A stretch of 64,000 nucleotides of DNA, from contig OZ024742.1 of assembly GCA_964016885.1 (NCBI GenBank), positions 342,240,001-342,304,000 of the forward strand, written 5' to 3'. Numbering within the stretch: the stretch's first letter is position 1; the number at the start of each line of letters is the position of its first letter. The notes beneath the pieces are model-generated. The model saw nothing but the letters and a program-made list of their open reading frames with translations. It had not been told where the DNA came from and did not search any database. Below are positions 30,350 through 45,700 of this stretch, piece after piece. The DNA comes from Eledone cirrhosa. Lineage: Eukaryota. A program made the position numbers and the translations under genes.

Positions 30350-33300
30350 GAAGTATGTGATCTCCAGTGGTATGAAGTATGTGATCTACAGTGGTATGAA
30401 GTATGTGATCTACAGTGGTATGAAGTATGTGATATCCTGTGGTATGAAGTATGTGATATCCTGTGGTATGAAGCATGTGATCTACAGTGGTATGAAGTAT
30501 GTGATCTCCTGTGATATGAAGTATGTCATCTACAGTGGTATGCAGTATGTGATCTACAGTGGTATGAAGTATGTGATCTCCGGGGGTATGAAGTATGTGA
30601 TCTACAGTGGTATGAAGTATGTGATCTCCAGTGGTATGAAGTATGTCAGCTCCAGTGGTATGAAGTATGTGATCTACAGTGGTATGAATTATGTGATCTA
30701 CAGTGGTATGATGTATGTGATATCCAGTGTTATGAAGTATGTGATCTCCATTGGTATGAAGTATGTGATCTGCAGTGATATGAAGTATGTGATCTACAGT
30801 GGTATGAAGTATGTGATCTTCAGTGGTATGAAGTATGTGATCTCCAGTGCTATGAAGTATGTGATGTACAGTGGAATGAAGTATGTGATCTCCAGTGGTA
30901 TGAAGTATGTGATCTCCAGTGGTATGAAGTATGTGATCTCCAGTGGTATGAAGTATGTGATCTCCAGTGGTATGAAGTATGTGATCTCCAGTGGTATGAA
31001 GTATGTGATCTACAGTGGTTCGAAGTATGTGATCTACAGTGGTATGAAGTATGTGATATCCTGTGGTATGAAGTATGTGATCTCCGTTGGTATGAAGTAT
31101 GTGATCTCCAGTGGTATGAAGTATGTGATCTCCAGTGGTATGAAGTATGTGATCTCCAGTGGTATGAAGTATGTGATCGACAGTGGTATGAAGTATGTGA
31201 TCTATAGTGGTATGAAGTATGTGACATCCTGTGGTATGAAGTATGTGATCTCCTGTGGTATGAAGTATGTGATCTCCAGTGGTATGAAGTATGTGATCTA
31301 CAGTGATATGAGGTATGTGATCTACAGTGGTATGAAGTATGTGATCTCCTGTTATATGAAGTATGTGATCTACAGTGGTATGAAGTATGTGATATACAGT
31401 GGTATGAAGTATGTGATCTCCAGAGGTATGAAGTATGTGATCTACAGTGGTATGAAGTATGTGATCTACAGTGGTATGATGTATGTGATCTCCAGTGGTA
31501 TGAAGTATGTGATCTCCATTGGTATGAAGTATGTGATCTCCAGTGGTATGAAGTATGTGATCTACAGTGGTATGAAGTATGTGATCTCCAGTGGTATGAA
31601 GTATGTGATCTACAGTGGTATGGAGTATGTGATCTACAGTGGTATGAAGTATGTGATCTACAGTGGTATGAAGTATGTGATCTACAGTGGTATGAAGTAT
31701 GTGATCTCCAGTGGTATGAAGTATGTGATCTCCAGTGGTATGAAGTATGTGATCTCCTGTGGTATGAAGTATGTGATCTACAGTGGTATGAAGTTTGTGA
31801 TCTCCAGTGGTATGAAGTATGTGATCTACAGTGGTATGAAGTATGTGATATCCTGTGGTATGAAGTATGTGATATCCTGTGGTATGAAGTATGTGATCTC
31901 CAGTGGTATGAAGTATGTGATCTCCAGTGGTATGAAGTATGTGATCTCCAGTGGTATGAAGTATGTGATCTCCAGTGGTATGAAGTATGTGATCTACAGT
32001 GGTATGAAGTATGTGATCTACAGTGGTATGAAGTATGTGATCTCCAGTGGTATGAAGTATGTGATCTCCGTTGGTATGAAGTATGTAATCTCCAGTGGTA
32101 TGAAGTATGTGATATCCTGTGGTATGAAGTATGTGATCTCCTGTGATATGAGGTATGTGATCTACAGTGGTATGAAGTATGTGATATCCTGTGGTATGAA
32201 GTATGTGATATCCTGTGGTATGAAGTATGTGATCTCCAGTGGTATGTAGTATGTGATCTCCAGTGGTATGAAGTAAGTGATCTCCAGTGGTATGAAGTAT
32301 GTGATCTCCAGTGGTATGAAGTATATGATCTTCAGTGGTATGAAGTATGTGATCTTCAGTGGTATGAAGTATGTGATCTACAGTGTTATGAAGTATGTGA
32401 TCTACAGTGGTATGAAGTATGTGATCTACAGTGGTATGAAGTATGTGATCTACAGTGGTATGAAGTATGTGATCTACAGTGGTATGAATTATGTGATCTC
32501 CAGTGGTATGAAATATGTCAGCTCCAGTGGTATGAAGTATGTGATCTACAGTGGTATGAAGTATGTGATCTACAGTGGTATGAAGTATGTGATCTCCAGT
32601 GGTATGAAGTATGTGATCTACAGTGTTATGAAGTATGTGATCTCCAGTGGTATGAAGTATGTGATCTACAGTGGTATGAAGTATGTGATCTACAGTGGTA
32701 TGAAGTATGTGATATCCTGTGGTATGAAGTATGTGATATCCTGTGGTATGAAGTATGTGATCTACAGTGGTATGAAGTATGTGATCTCCTGTGATATGAA
32801 GTATGTCATCTACAGTGGTATCCAGTATGTGATCTACAGTGGTATGAAGTATGTGATCTCCGGGGGTATGAAGTATGTGATCTACAGTGGTATGAAGTAT
32901 GTGATCTCCAGTGGTATGAAGTATGTCAGCTCCAGTGGTATGAAGTATGTGATCTACAGTGGTATGAATTATGTGATCTACAGTGGTATGATGTATGTGA
33001 TATCCAGTGGTATGAAGTATGTGATCTCCATTGGTATGAAGTATGTGATCTGCAGTGATATGAAGTATGTGATCTACAGTGGTATGAAGTATGTGATCTT
33101 CAGTGGTATGAAGTATGTGATCTCCAGTGCTATGAAGTATGTGATGTACAGTGGAATGAAGTATGTGATCTCCAGTGGTATGAAGTATGTGATCTCCAGT
33201 GGTATGAAGTATGTGATCTCCAGTGGTATGAAGTATGTGATCTCCAGTGGTATGAAGTATGTGATCTCCAGTGGTATGAAGTATGTGATCTCCAGTGGTA

Positions 33301-36300
33301 TGAAGTATGTGATCTCCAGTGGTATGAAGTATGTGATCTACAGTGGTGTGAAGTATGTGATCTACAGTGGTATGAAGTATGTGATATCCTGTGGTATGAA
33401 GTATGTGATCTCCGTTGGTATGAAGTATGTGATCTCCAGTGGTATGAAGTATGTGATCTCCAGTGGTATGAAGTATGTGATCTCCAGTGGTATGAAGTAT
33501 GTGATCGACAGTGGTATGAAGTATGTGATCTATAGTGGTATGAAGTATGTGACATCCTGTGGTATGAAGTATGTGATCTCCTGTGGTATGAAGTATGTGA
33601 TCTCCAGTGGTATGAAGTATGTGATCTACAGTGATATGAGGTATGTGATCTACAGTGGTATGAAGTATGTGATCTCCTGTGATATGAAGTATGTGATCTA
33701 CAGTGGTATGAAGTATGTGATATACAGTGGTATGAAGTATGTGATCTCCAGAGGTATGAAGTATGTGATCTACAGTGGTATGAAGTATGTGATCTACAGT
33801 GGTATGATGTATGTGATCTCCAGTGGTATGAAGTATGTGATCTCCATTGGTATGAAGTATGTGATCTCCAGTGGTATGAAGTATGTGATCTACAGTGGTA
33901 TGAAGTATGTGATCTCCAGTGGTATGAAGTATGTGATCTACAGTGGTATGGAGTATGTGATCTACAGTGGTATGAAGTATGTGATCTACAGTGGTATGAA
34001 GTATGTGATCTACAGTGGTATGAAGTATGTGATCTCCAGTGGTATGAAGTATGTGATCTCCAGTGGTATGAAGTATGTGATCTCCTGTGGTATGAAGTAT
34101 GTGATCTACAGTGGTATGAAGTTTGTGATCTCCAGTGGTATGAAGTATGTGATCTACAGTGGTATGAAGTATGTGATATCCTGTGGTATGAAGTATGTGA
34201 TATCCTGTGGTATGAAGTATGTGATCTCCAGTGGTATGAAGTATGTGATCTACAGTGGTATGAAGTATGTGATCTCCAGTGGTATGAAGTATGTGATCTC
34301 CAGTGGTATGAAGTATGTGATCTACAGTGGTATGAAGTATGTGATCTACAGTGGTATGAAGTATGTGATCTCCAGTGGTATGAAGTATGTGATCTCCGTT
34401 GGTATGAAGTATGTAATCTCCAGTGGTATGAAGTATGTGATATCCTGTGGTATGAAGTATGTGATCTCCTGTGGTATGAGGTATGTGATCTACAGTGGTA
34501 TGAAGTATGTGATATCCTGTGGTATGAAGTATGTGATATCCTGTGGTATGAAGTATGTGATCTCCAGTGGTATGTAGTATGTGATCTCCAGTGGTATGAA
34601 GTAAGTGATCTCCAGTGGTATGAAGTATGTGATCTCCAGTGGTATGAAGTATATGATCTTCAGTGGTATGAAGTATGTGATCTTCAGTGGTATGAAGTAT
34701 GTGATCTACAGTGTTATGAAGTATGTGATCTACAGTGGTATGAAGTATGTGATCTACAGTGGTATGAAGTATGTGATCTACAGTGGTATGAAGTATGTGA
34801 TCTACAGTGGTATGAATTATGTGATCTCCAGTGGTATGAAATATGTCAGCTCCAGTGGTATGAAGTATGTGATCTACAGTGGTATGAAGTATGTGATCTA
34901 CAGTGGTATGAAGTATGTGATCTCCAGTGGTATGAAGTATGTGATCTACAGTGTTATGAAGTATGTGATCTCCAGTGGTATGAAGTATGTGATCTACAGT
35001 GGTATGAAGTATGTGATCTACAGTGGTATGAAGTATGTGATATCCTGTGGTATGAAGTATGTGATATCCTGTGGTATGAAGTATGTGATCTACAGTGGTA
35101 TGAAGTATGTGATCTCCTGTGATATGAAGTATGTCATCTACAGTGGTATCCAGTATGTGATCTACAGTGGTATGAAGTATGTGATCTCCGGGGGTATGAA
35201 GTATGTGATCTACAGTGGTATGAAGTATGTGATCTCCAGTGGTATGAAATATGTCAGCTCCAGTGGTATGAAGTATGTGATCTACAGTGGTATGAATTAT
35301 GTGATCTACAGTGGTATGATGTATGTGATATCCAGTGGTATGAAGTATGTGATCTCCATTGGTATGAAGTATGTGATCTGCAGTGATATGGAGTATGTGA
35401 TCTACAGTGGTATGAAGTATGTGATCTTCAGTGGTATGAAGTATGTGATCTCCAGTGCTATGAAGTATGTGATGTACAGTGGAATGAAGTATGTGATCTC
35501 CAGTGGTATGAAGTATGTGATCTCCAGTGGTATGAAGTATGTGATCTCCAGTGGTATGAAGTATGTGATCTCCAGTGGTATGAAGTATGTGATCTCCAGT
35601 GGTATGAAGTATGTGATCTACAGTGGTGTGAAGTATGTGATCTACAGTGGTATGAAGTATGTGATATCCTGTGGTATGAAGTATGTGATCTCCGTTGGTA
35701 TGAAGTATGTGATCTCCAGTGGTATGAAGTATGTGATCTCCAGTGGTATGAAGTATGTGATCTCCAGTGGTATGAAGTATGTGATCGACAGTGGTATGAA
35801 GTATGTGATCTATAGTGGTATGAAGTATGTGACATCCTGTGGTATGAAGTATGTGATCTCCTGTGGTATGAAGTATGTGATCTCCAGTGGTATGAAGTAT
35901 GTGATCTACAGTGATATGAGGTATGTGATCTACAGTGGTATGAAGTATGTGATCTCCTGTGATATGAAGTATGTGATCTACAGTGGTATGAAGTATGTGA
36001 TATACAGTGGTATGAAGTATGTGATCTCCAGAGGTATGAAGTATGTGATCTACAGTGGTATGAAGTATGTGATCTACAGTGGTATGATGTATGTGATCTC
36101 CAGTGGTATGAAGTATGTGATCTCCATTGGTATGAAGTATGTGATCTCCAGTGGTATGAAGTATGTGATCTACAGTGGTATGAAGTATGTGATCTACAGT
36201 GGTATGAAGTATGTGATCTACAGTGGTATGGAGTATGTGATCTACAGTGGTATGAAGTATGTGATCTACAGTGGTATGAAGTATGTGATCTACAGTGGTA

Positions 36301-36700
36301 TGAAGTATGTGATCTCCAGTGGTATGAAGTATGTGATCTCCAGTGGTATGAAGTATGTGATCTCCTGTGGTATGAAGTATGTGATCTACAGTGGTATGAA
36401 GTTTGTGATCTCCAGTGGTATGAAGTATGTGATCTACAGTGGTATGAAGTATGTGATATCCTGTGGTATGAAGTATGTGATATCCTGTGGTATGAAGTAT
36501 GTGATCTCCAGTGGTATGAAGTATGTGATCTCCAGTGGTATGAAGTATGTGATCTCCAGTGGTATGAAGTATGTGATCTACAGTGGTATGAAGTATGTGA
36601 TCTACAGTGGTATGAAGTATGTGATCTCCAGTGGTATGAAGTATGTGATCTCCGCTGGTATGAAGTATGTAATCTCCAGTGGTATGAAGTATGTGATATC
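30350..36700. repeat. About 2.3-kb higher-order unit (2,280/2,328 bp; 95/97 monomers), nearly 3 tandem copies
   Basis: GAC marker at 31179/33507/35787; TAG at 32249/34577; minus-strand ORFs 30850..31227, 33130..33555 and 35458..35835; the GATGTACAGTGGAATG variant is in each copy. Confidence 0.88.
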
Positions 36701-39700
36701 CTGTGGTATGAAGTATGTGATCTCCTGTGGAATGAGGTATGTGATCTACAGTGCTATGAAGTATGTGATATCCTGTGGTATGAAGTATGTGATATCCTGT
36801 GGTATGAAGTATGTGATCTCCAGTGGTATGAAGTATGTGATCTCCAGTGGTATGAAGATTGTGATCTCCAGTGGTATGAAGTATGTGATCTCCAGTGGTA
36901 TGAAGTATGTGATCTTCAGTGGTATGAAGTATGTGATCTACAGTGGTATGAAGTATGTCATCTACAGTGGTATGAAGTATGTCATCTACAGTGGTATGAA
37001 GTATGTGATCTACAGTGGTATGAAGTATGTGATCTACAGTGGTATGAAGTATGTGATCTACAGTGGTATGAATTATGTGATCTCCAGTGGTATGAAATAT
37101 GTCAGCTCCAGTGGTATGAAGTATGTGATCTGTGGTATGAAGTATGTTATCTACAGTGGTATGAAGTATGTGATCTCCAGTGGTATGAAGTATGTGATCT
37201 ACAGTGGTATGAAGTATGTGATATCCTGTGGTATGAAGTATGTGATATACAGTGGTATGAAGTATGTGATCTCCTGTGGTATGAAGTATGTGATCTCCAG
37301 TGGTATGAAGTATGTGATCTACAGTGGTATGAAGTATGTGATCTACAGTGGTATGAAGTATGTGATCTCCAGTGCTATGAAGTATGTGATCTACAGTGGT
37401 ATGAAGTATGTCAGCTCCAGTGGTATGAAGTATGTGATCTCCAGTGGTATGAAGTATGTGATCTACAGTGGTATGAAGTATGTGATCTCCAGTGGTATGA
37501 AGTATGTGATCTACAGTGGTATGAAGTATGTGATCTACAGTGGTATGAAGTATGTGATATCCTGTGGTATGAAGTATGTGATATCCTGTGGTATGAATTA
37601 TGTGATCTACAGTGGTATGAAGTATGTGATCTCCTGTGATATGAAGTATGTCATCTACAGTGGTATGCAGTATGTGATCTACAGTGGTATGAAGTATGTG
37701 ATCTCCGGGGGTATGAAGTATGTGATCTACAGTGGTATGAAGTATGTGATCTCCAGTGGTATGAAGTATGTCAGCTCCAGTGGTATGAAGTATGTGATCT
37801 ACAGTGGTATGAATTATGTGATCTACAGTGGTATGATGTATGTGATATCCAGTGGTATGAAGTATGTGATCTCCATTGGTATGAAGTATGTGATCTGCAG
37901 TGATATGAAGTATGTGATCTACAGTGGTATGAAGTATGTGATCTTCAGTGGTATGAAGTATGTGATCTCCAGTGCTATGAAGTATGTGATGTACAGTGGA
38001 ATGAAGTATGTGATCTCCAGTGGTATGAAGTATGTGATCTCCAGTGGTATGAAGTATGTGATCTCCAGTGGTATGAAGTATGTGATCTCCAGTGGTATGA
38101 AGTATGTGATCTCCAGTGGTATGAAGTATGTGATCTACAGTGGTGTGAAGTATGTGATCTACAGTGGTATGAAGTATGTGATATCCTGTGGTATGAAGTA
38201 TGTGATCTCCGTTGCTATGAAGTATGTGATCTCCAGTGGTATGAAGTATGTGATCTCCAGTGGTATGAAGTATGTGATCTCCAGTGGTATGAAGTATGTG
38301 ATCGACAGTGGTATGAAGTATGTGATCTATAGTGGTATGAAGTATGTGACATCCTGTGGTATGAAGTATGTGATCTCCTGTGGTATGAAGTATGTGATCT
38401 CCAGTGGTATGAAGTATGTGATCTACAGTGATATGAGGTATGTGATCTACAGTGGTATGAAGTATGTGATCTCCTGTGATATGAAGTATGTGATCTACAG
38501 TGGTATGAAGTATGTGATATACAGTGGTATGAAGTATGTGATCTCCAGAGGTATGAAGTATGTGATCTACAGTGGTATGAAGTATGTGATCTACAGTGGT
38601 ATGATGTATGTGATCTCCAGTGGTATGAAGTATGTGATCTCCATTGGTATGAAGTATGTGATCTCCAGTGGTATGAAGTATGTGATCTACAGTGGTATGA
38701 AGTATGTGATCTCCAGTGGTATGAAGTATGTGATCTACAGTGGTATGGAGTATGTGATCTACAGTGGTATGAAGTATGTGATCTACAGTGGTATGAAGTA
38801 TGTGATCTACAGTGGTATGAAGTATGTGATCTCCAGTGGTATGAAGTATGTGATCTCCAGTGGTATGAAGTATGTGATCTCCTGTGGTATGAAGTATGTG
38901 ATCTACAGTGGTATGAAGTTTGTGATCTCCAGTGGTATGAAGTATGTGATCTACAGTGGTATGAAGTATGTGATATCCTGTGGTATGAAGTATGTGATAT
39001 CCTGTGGTATGAAGTATGTGATCTCCAGTGGTATGAAGTATGTGATCTCCAGTGGTATGAAGTATGTGATCTCCAGTGGTATGAAGTATGTGATCTCCAG
39101 TGGTATGAAGTATGTGATCTACAGTGGTATGAAGTATGTGATCTACAGTGGTATGAAGTATGTGATCTACAGTGGTATGAATTATGTGATCTCCAGTGGT
39201 ATGAAATATGTCAGCTCCAGTGGTATGAAGTATGTGATCTACAGTGGTATGAAGTATGTGATCTCCAGTGGTATGAAGTATGTGATCTCCAGTGGTATGA
39301 AGTATGTGATCTACAGTGTTATGAAGTATGTGATCTCCAGTGGTATGAAGTATGTGATCTACAGTGGTATGAAGTATGTGATCTACAGTGGTATGAAGTA
39401 TGTGATATCCTGTGGTATGAAGTATGTGATATCCTGTGGTATGAAGTATGTGATCTACAGTGGTATGAAGTATGTGATCTCCTGTGATATGAAGTATGTC
39501 ATCTACAGTGGTATCCAGTATGTGATCTACAGTGGTATGAAGTATGTGATCTCCGGGGGTATGAAGTATGTGATCTACAGTGGTATGAAGTATGTGATCT
39601 CCAGTGGTATGAAGTATGTCAGCTCCAGTGGAATGAAGTATGTGATCTACAGTGGTATGAATTATGTGATCTACAGTGGTATGATGTATGTGATATCCAG

Positions 39701-42700
39701 TGGTATGAAGTATGTGATCTCCATTGGTATGAAGTATGTGATCTGCAGTGATATGAAGTATGTGATCTACAGTGGTATGAAGTATGTGATCTTCAGTGGT
39801 ATGAAGTATGTGATCTCCAGTGCTATGAAGTATGTGATGTACAGTGGAATGAAGTATGTGATCTCCAGTGGTATGAAGTATGTGATCTCCAGTGGTATGA
39901 AGTATGTGATCTCCAGTGGTATGAAGTATGTGATCTCCAGTGGTATGAAGTATGTGATCTCCAGTGGTATGAAGTATGTGATCTACAGTGGTGTGAAGTA
40001 TGTGATCTACAGTGGTATGAAGTATGTGATATCCTGTGGTATGAAGTATGTGATCTCCGTTGGTATGAAGTATGTGATCTCCAGTGGTATGAAGTATGTG
40101 ATCTCCAGTGGTATGAAGTATGTGATCTCCTGTGGTATGAAGTATGTGATCTCCAGTGGTATGAAGTATGTGATCTACAGTGATATGAGGTATGTGATCT
40201 ACAGTGGTATGAAGTATGTGATCTCCTGTGATATGAAGTATGTGATCTACAGTGGTATGAAGTATGTGATATACAGTGGTATGAAGTATGTGATCTCCAG
40301 AGGTATGAAGTATGTGATCTACAGTGGTATGAAGTATGTGATCTACAGTGGTATGATGTATGTGATCTCCAGTGGTATGAAGTATGTGATCTCCATTGGT
40401 ATGAAGTATGTGATCTCCAGTGGTATGAAGTATGTGATCTACAGTGGTATGAAGTATGTGATCTCCAGTGGTATGAAGTATGTGATCTACAGTGGTATGG
40501 AGTATGTGATCTACAGTGGTATGAAGTATGTGATCTACAGTGGTATGAAGTATGTGATCTACAGTGGTATGAAGTATGTGATCTCCAGTGGTATGAAGTA
40601 TGTGATCTCCAGTGGTATGGAGTATGTGATCTCCTGTGGTATGAAGTATGTGATCTACAGTGGTATGAAGTTTGTGATCTCCAGTGGTATGAAGTATGTC
40701 ATCTACAGTGGTATGAAGTATGTGATATCCTGTGGTATGAAGTATGTGATATCCTGTGGTATGAAGTATGTGATCTCCAGTGGTATGAAGTATATGATCT
40801 TCAGTGGTATGAAGTATGTGATCTTCAGTGGTATGAAGTATGTGATCTACAGTGTTATGAAGTATGTGATCTACAGTGGTATGAAGTATGTGATCTACAG
40901 TGGTATGAAGTATGTGATCTACAGTGGTATGAAGTATGTGATCTACAGTGGTATGAATTATGTGATCTCCAGTGGTATGAAATATGTCAGCTCCAGTGGT
41001 ATGAAGTATGTGATCTACAGTGGTATGAAGTATGTGATCTACAGTGGTATGAAGTATGTGATCTCCAGTGGTATGAAGTATGTGATCTACAGTGTTATGA
41101 AGTATGTGATCTCCAGTGGTATGAAGTATGTGATCTACAGTGGTATGAAGTATGTGATCTACAGTGGTATGAAGTATGTCAGCTCCAGTGGTATGATGTA
41201 TGTGATCTCCAGTGGTATGAAGTATGTGATCTCCAGTGGTATGAAGTATGTAATCTCCAGTGGTATGAAGTATGTGATATCCTGTGGTATGAAGTATGTG
41301 ATCTCCTGTGGAATGAGGTATGTGATCTACAGTGCTATGAAGTATGTGATATCCTGTGGTATGAAGTATGTGATATCCTGTGGTATGAAGTATGTGATCT
41401 CCAGTGGTATGAAGTATGTGATCTCCAGTGGTATGAAGATTGTGATCTCCAGTGGTATGAATTATGTGATCTCGAGTGGTATGAAGTATGTGATCTTCAG
41501 TGGTATGAAGTATGTGATCTACAGTGGTATGAAGTATGTCATCTACAGTGGTATGAAGTATGTCATCTACAGTGGTATGAAGTATGTGATCTACAGTGGT
41601 ATGATGTATGTGATATCCAGTGGTATGAAGTATGTGATCTCCATTGGTATGAAGTATGTGATCTGCAGTGATATGGAGTATGTGATCTACAGTGGTATGA
41701 AGTATGTGATCTTCAGTGGTATGAAGTATGTGATCTCCAGTGCTATGAAGTATGTGATGTACAGTGGAATGAAGTATGTGATCTCCAGTGGTATGAAGTA
41801 TGTGATCTCCAGTGGTATGAAGTATGTGATCTCCAGTGGTATGAAGTATGTGATCTCCAGTGGTATGAAGTATGTGATCTCCAGTGGTATGAAGTATGTG
41901 ATCTACAGTGGTGTGAAGTATGTGATCTACAGTGGTATGAAGTATGTGATATCCTGTGGTATGAAGTATGTGATCTCCGTTGGTATGAAGTATGTGATCT
42001 CCAGTGGTATGAAGTATGTGATCTCCAGTGGTATGAAGTATGTGATCTCCAGTGGTATGAAGTATGTGATCGACAGTGGTATGAAGTATGTGATCTATAG
42101 TGGTATGAAGTATGTGACATCCTGTGGTATGAAGTATGTGATCTCCTGTGGTATGAAGTATGTGATCTCCAGTGGTATGAAGTATGTGATCTACAGTGAT
42201 ATGAGGTATGTGATCTACAGTGGTATGAAGTATGTGATCTCCTGTGATATGAAGTATGTGATCTACAGTGGTATGAAGTATGTGATATACAGTGGTATGA
42301 AGTATGTGATCTCCAGAGGTATGAATTATGTGATCTACAGTGGTATGAAGTATGTGATCTACAGTGGTATGATGTATGTGATCTCCAGTGGTATGAAGTA
42401 TGTGATCTCCATTGGTATGAAGTATGTGATCTCCAGTGGTATGAAGTATGTGATCTACAGTGGTATGAAGTATGTGATCTCCAGTGGTATGAAGTATGTG
42501 ATCTACAGTGGTATGGAGTATGTGATCTACAGTGGTATGAAGTATGTGATCTACAGTGGTATGAAGTATGTGATCTACAGTGGTATGAAGTATGTGATCT
42601 CCAGTGGTATGAAGTATGTGATCTCCAGTGGTATGAAGTATGTGATCTCCTGTGGTATGAAGTATGTGATCTACAGTGGTATGAAGTTTGTGATCTCCAT

Positions 42701-45700
42701 TGGTATGAAGTATGTGATCTACAGTGGTATGAAGTATGTGATATCCTGTGGTATGAAGTATGTGATATCCTGTGGTATGAAGTATGTGATCTCCAGTGGT
42801 ATGAAGTATGTGATCTCCAGTGGTATGAAGTATGTGATCTCCAGTGGTATGAAGTATGTGATCTACAGTGGTATGAAGTATGTGATCTACAGTGGTATGA
42901 AGTATGTGATCTACAGTGGTATGAAGTATGTGATCTCCAGTGGTATGAAGTATGTGATCTCCGCTGGTATGAAGTATGTAATCTCCAGTGGTATGAAGTA
43001 TGTGATATCCTGTGGTATGAAGTATGTGATCTCCTGTGGAATGAGGTATGTGATCTACAGTGCTATGAAGTATGTGATATCCTGTGGTATGAAGTATGTG
43101 ATATCCTGTGGTATGAAGTATGTGATCTCCAGTGGTATGAAGTATGTGATCTCCAGTGGTATGAAGATTGTGATCTCCAGTGGTATGAAGTATGTGATCT
43201 CCAGTGGTATGAAGTATGTGATCTTCAGTGGTATGAAGTATGTGATCTACAGTGGTATGAAGTATGTCATCTACAGTGGTATGAAGTATGTCATCTACAG
43301 TGGTATGAAGTATGTGATCTACAGTGGTATGAAGTATGTGATCTACAGTGGTATGAAGTATGTGATCTACAGTGGTATGAATTATGTGATCTCCAGTGGT
43401 ATGAAATATGTCAGCTCCAGTGGTATGAAGTATGTGATCTGTGGTATGAAGTATGTTATCTACAGTGGTATGAAGTATGTGATCTCCAGTGGTATGAAGT
43501 ATGTGATCTACAGTGGTATGAAGTATGTGATATCCTGTGGTATGAAGTATGTGATATACAGTGGTATGAAGTATGTGATCTCCTGTGGTATGAAGTATGT
43601 GATCTCCAGTGGTATGAAGTATGTGATCTACAGTGGTATGAAGTATGTGATCTACAGTGGTATGAAGTATGTGATCTCCAGTGCTATGAAGTATGTGATC
43701 TACAGTGGTATGAAGTATGTCAGCTCCAGTGGTATGAAGTATGTGATCTCCAGTGGTATGAAGTATGTGATCTACAGTGGTATGAAGTATGTGATCTCCA
43801 GTGGTATGAAGTATGTGATCTACAGTGGTATGAAGTATGTGATCTACAGTGGTATGAAGTATGTGATATCCTGTGGTATGAAGTATGTGATATCCTGTGG
43901 TATGAATTATGTGATCTACAGTGGTATGAAGTATGTGATCTCCTGTGATATGAAGTATGTCATCTACAGTGGTATGCAGTACGTGATCTACAGTGGTATG
44001 AAGTATGTGATCTCCGGGGGTATGAAGTATGTGATCTACAGTGGTATGAAGTATGTGATCTCCAGTGGTATGAAGTATGTCAGCTCCAGTGGTATGAAGT
44101 ATGTGATCTACAGTGGTATGAATTATGTAATCTACAGTGGTATGATGTATGTGATATCCAGTGGTATGAAGTATGTGATCTCCATTGGTATGAAGTATGT
44201 GATCTGCAGTGATATGAAGTATGTGATCTACAGTGGTATGAAGTATGTGATCTTCAGTGGTATGAAGTATGTGATCTCCAGTGCTATGAAGTATGTGATG
44301 TACAGTGGAATGAAGTATGTGATCTCCAGTGGTATGAAGTATGTGATCTCCAGTGGTATGAAGTATGTGATCTCCAGTGGTATGAAGTATGTTATCTCCA
44401 GTGGTATGAAGTATGTGATCTCCAGTGGTATGAAGTATGTGATCTACAGTGGTGTGAAGTATGTGATCTACAGTGGTATGAAGTATGTGATATCCTGTGG
44501 TATGAAGTATGTGATCTCCGTTGCTATGAAGTATGTGATCTCCAGTGGTATGAAGTATGTGATCTCCAGTGGTATGAAGTATGTGATCTCCAGTGGTATG
44601 AAGTATGTGATCGACAGTGGTATGAAGTATGTGATCTATAGTGGTATGAAGTATGTGACATCCTGTGGTATGAAGTATGTGATCTTCTGTGGTATGAAGT
44701 ATGTGATCTCCAGTGGTATGAAGTATGTGATCTACAGTGATATGAGGTATGTGATCTACAGTGGTATGAAGTATGTGATCTCCTGTGATATGAAGTATGT
44801 GATCTACAGTGGTATGAAGTATGTGATATACAGTGGTATGAAGTATGTGATCTCCAGAGGTATGAAGTATGTGATCTACAGTGGTATGAAGTATGTGATC
44901 TACAGTGGTATGATGTATGTGATCTCCAGTGGTATGAAGTATGTGATCTCCATTGGTATGAAGTATGTGATCTCCAGTGGTATGAAGTATGTGATCTACA
45001 GTGGTATGAAGTATGTGATCTCCAGTGGTATGAAGTATGTGATCTACAGTGGTATGGAGTATGTGATCTACAGTGGTATGAAGTATGTGATCTACAGTGG
45101 TATGAAGTATGTGATCTACAGTGGTATGAAGTATGTGATCTCCAGTGGTATGAAGTATGTGATCTCCAGTGGTATGAAGTATGTGATCTCCTGTGGTATG
45201 AAGTATCTGATCTACAGTGGTATGAAGTTTGTGATCTCCAGTGGTATGAAGTATGTGATCTACAGTGGTATGAAGTATGTGATATCCTGTGGTATGAAGT
45301 ATGTGATATCCTGTGGTATGAAGTATGTGATCTCCAGTGGTATGAAGTATGTGATCTCCAGTGGTATGAAGTATGTGATCTCCAGTGGTATGAAGTATGT
45401 GATCTCCAGTGGTATGAAGTATGTGATCTACAGTGGTATGAAGTATGTGATCTACAGTGGTATGAAGTATGTGATCTACAGTGGTATGAATTATGTGATC
45501 TCCAGTGGTATGAAATATGTCAGCTCCAGTGGTATGAAGTATGTGATCTACAGTGGTATGAAGTATGTGATCTACAGTGGTATGAAGTATGTGATCTCCA
45601 GTGGTATGAAGTATGTGATCTACAGTGTTATGAAGTATGTGATCTCCAGTGGTATGAAGTATGTGATCTACAGTGGTATGAAGTATGTGATCTACAGTGG

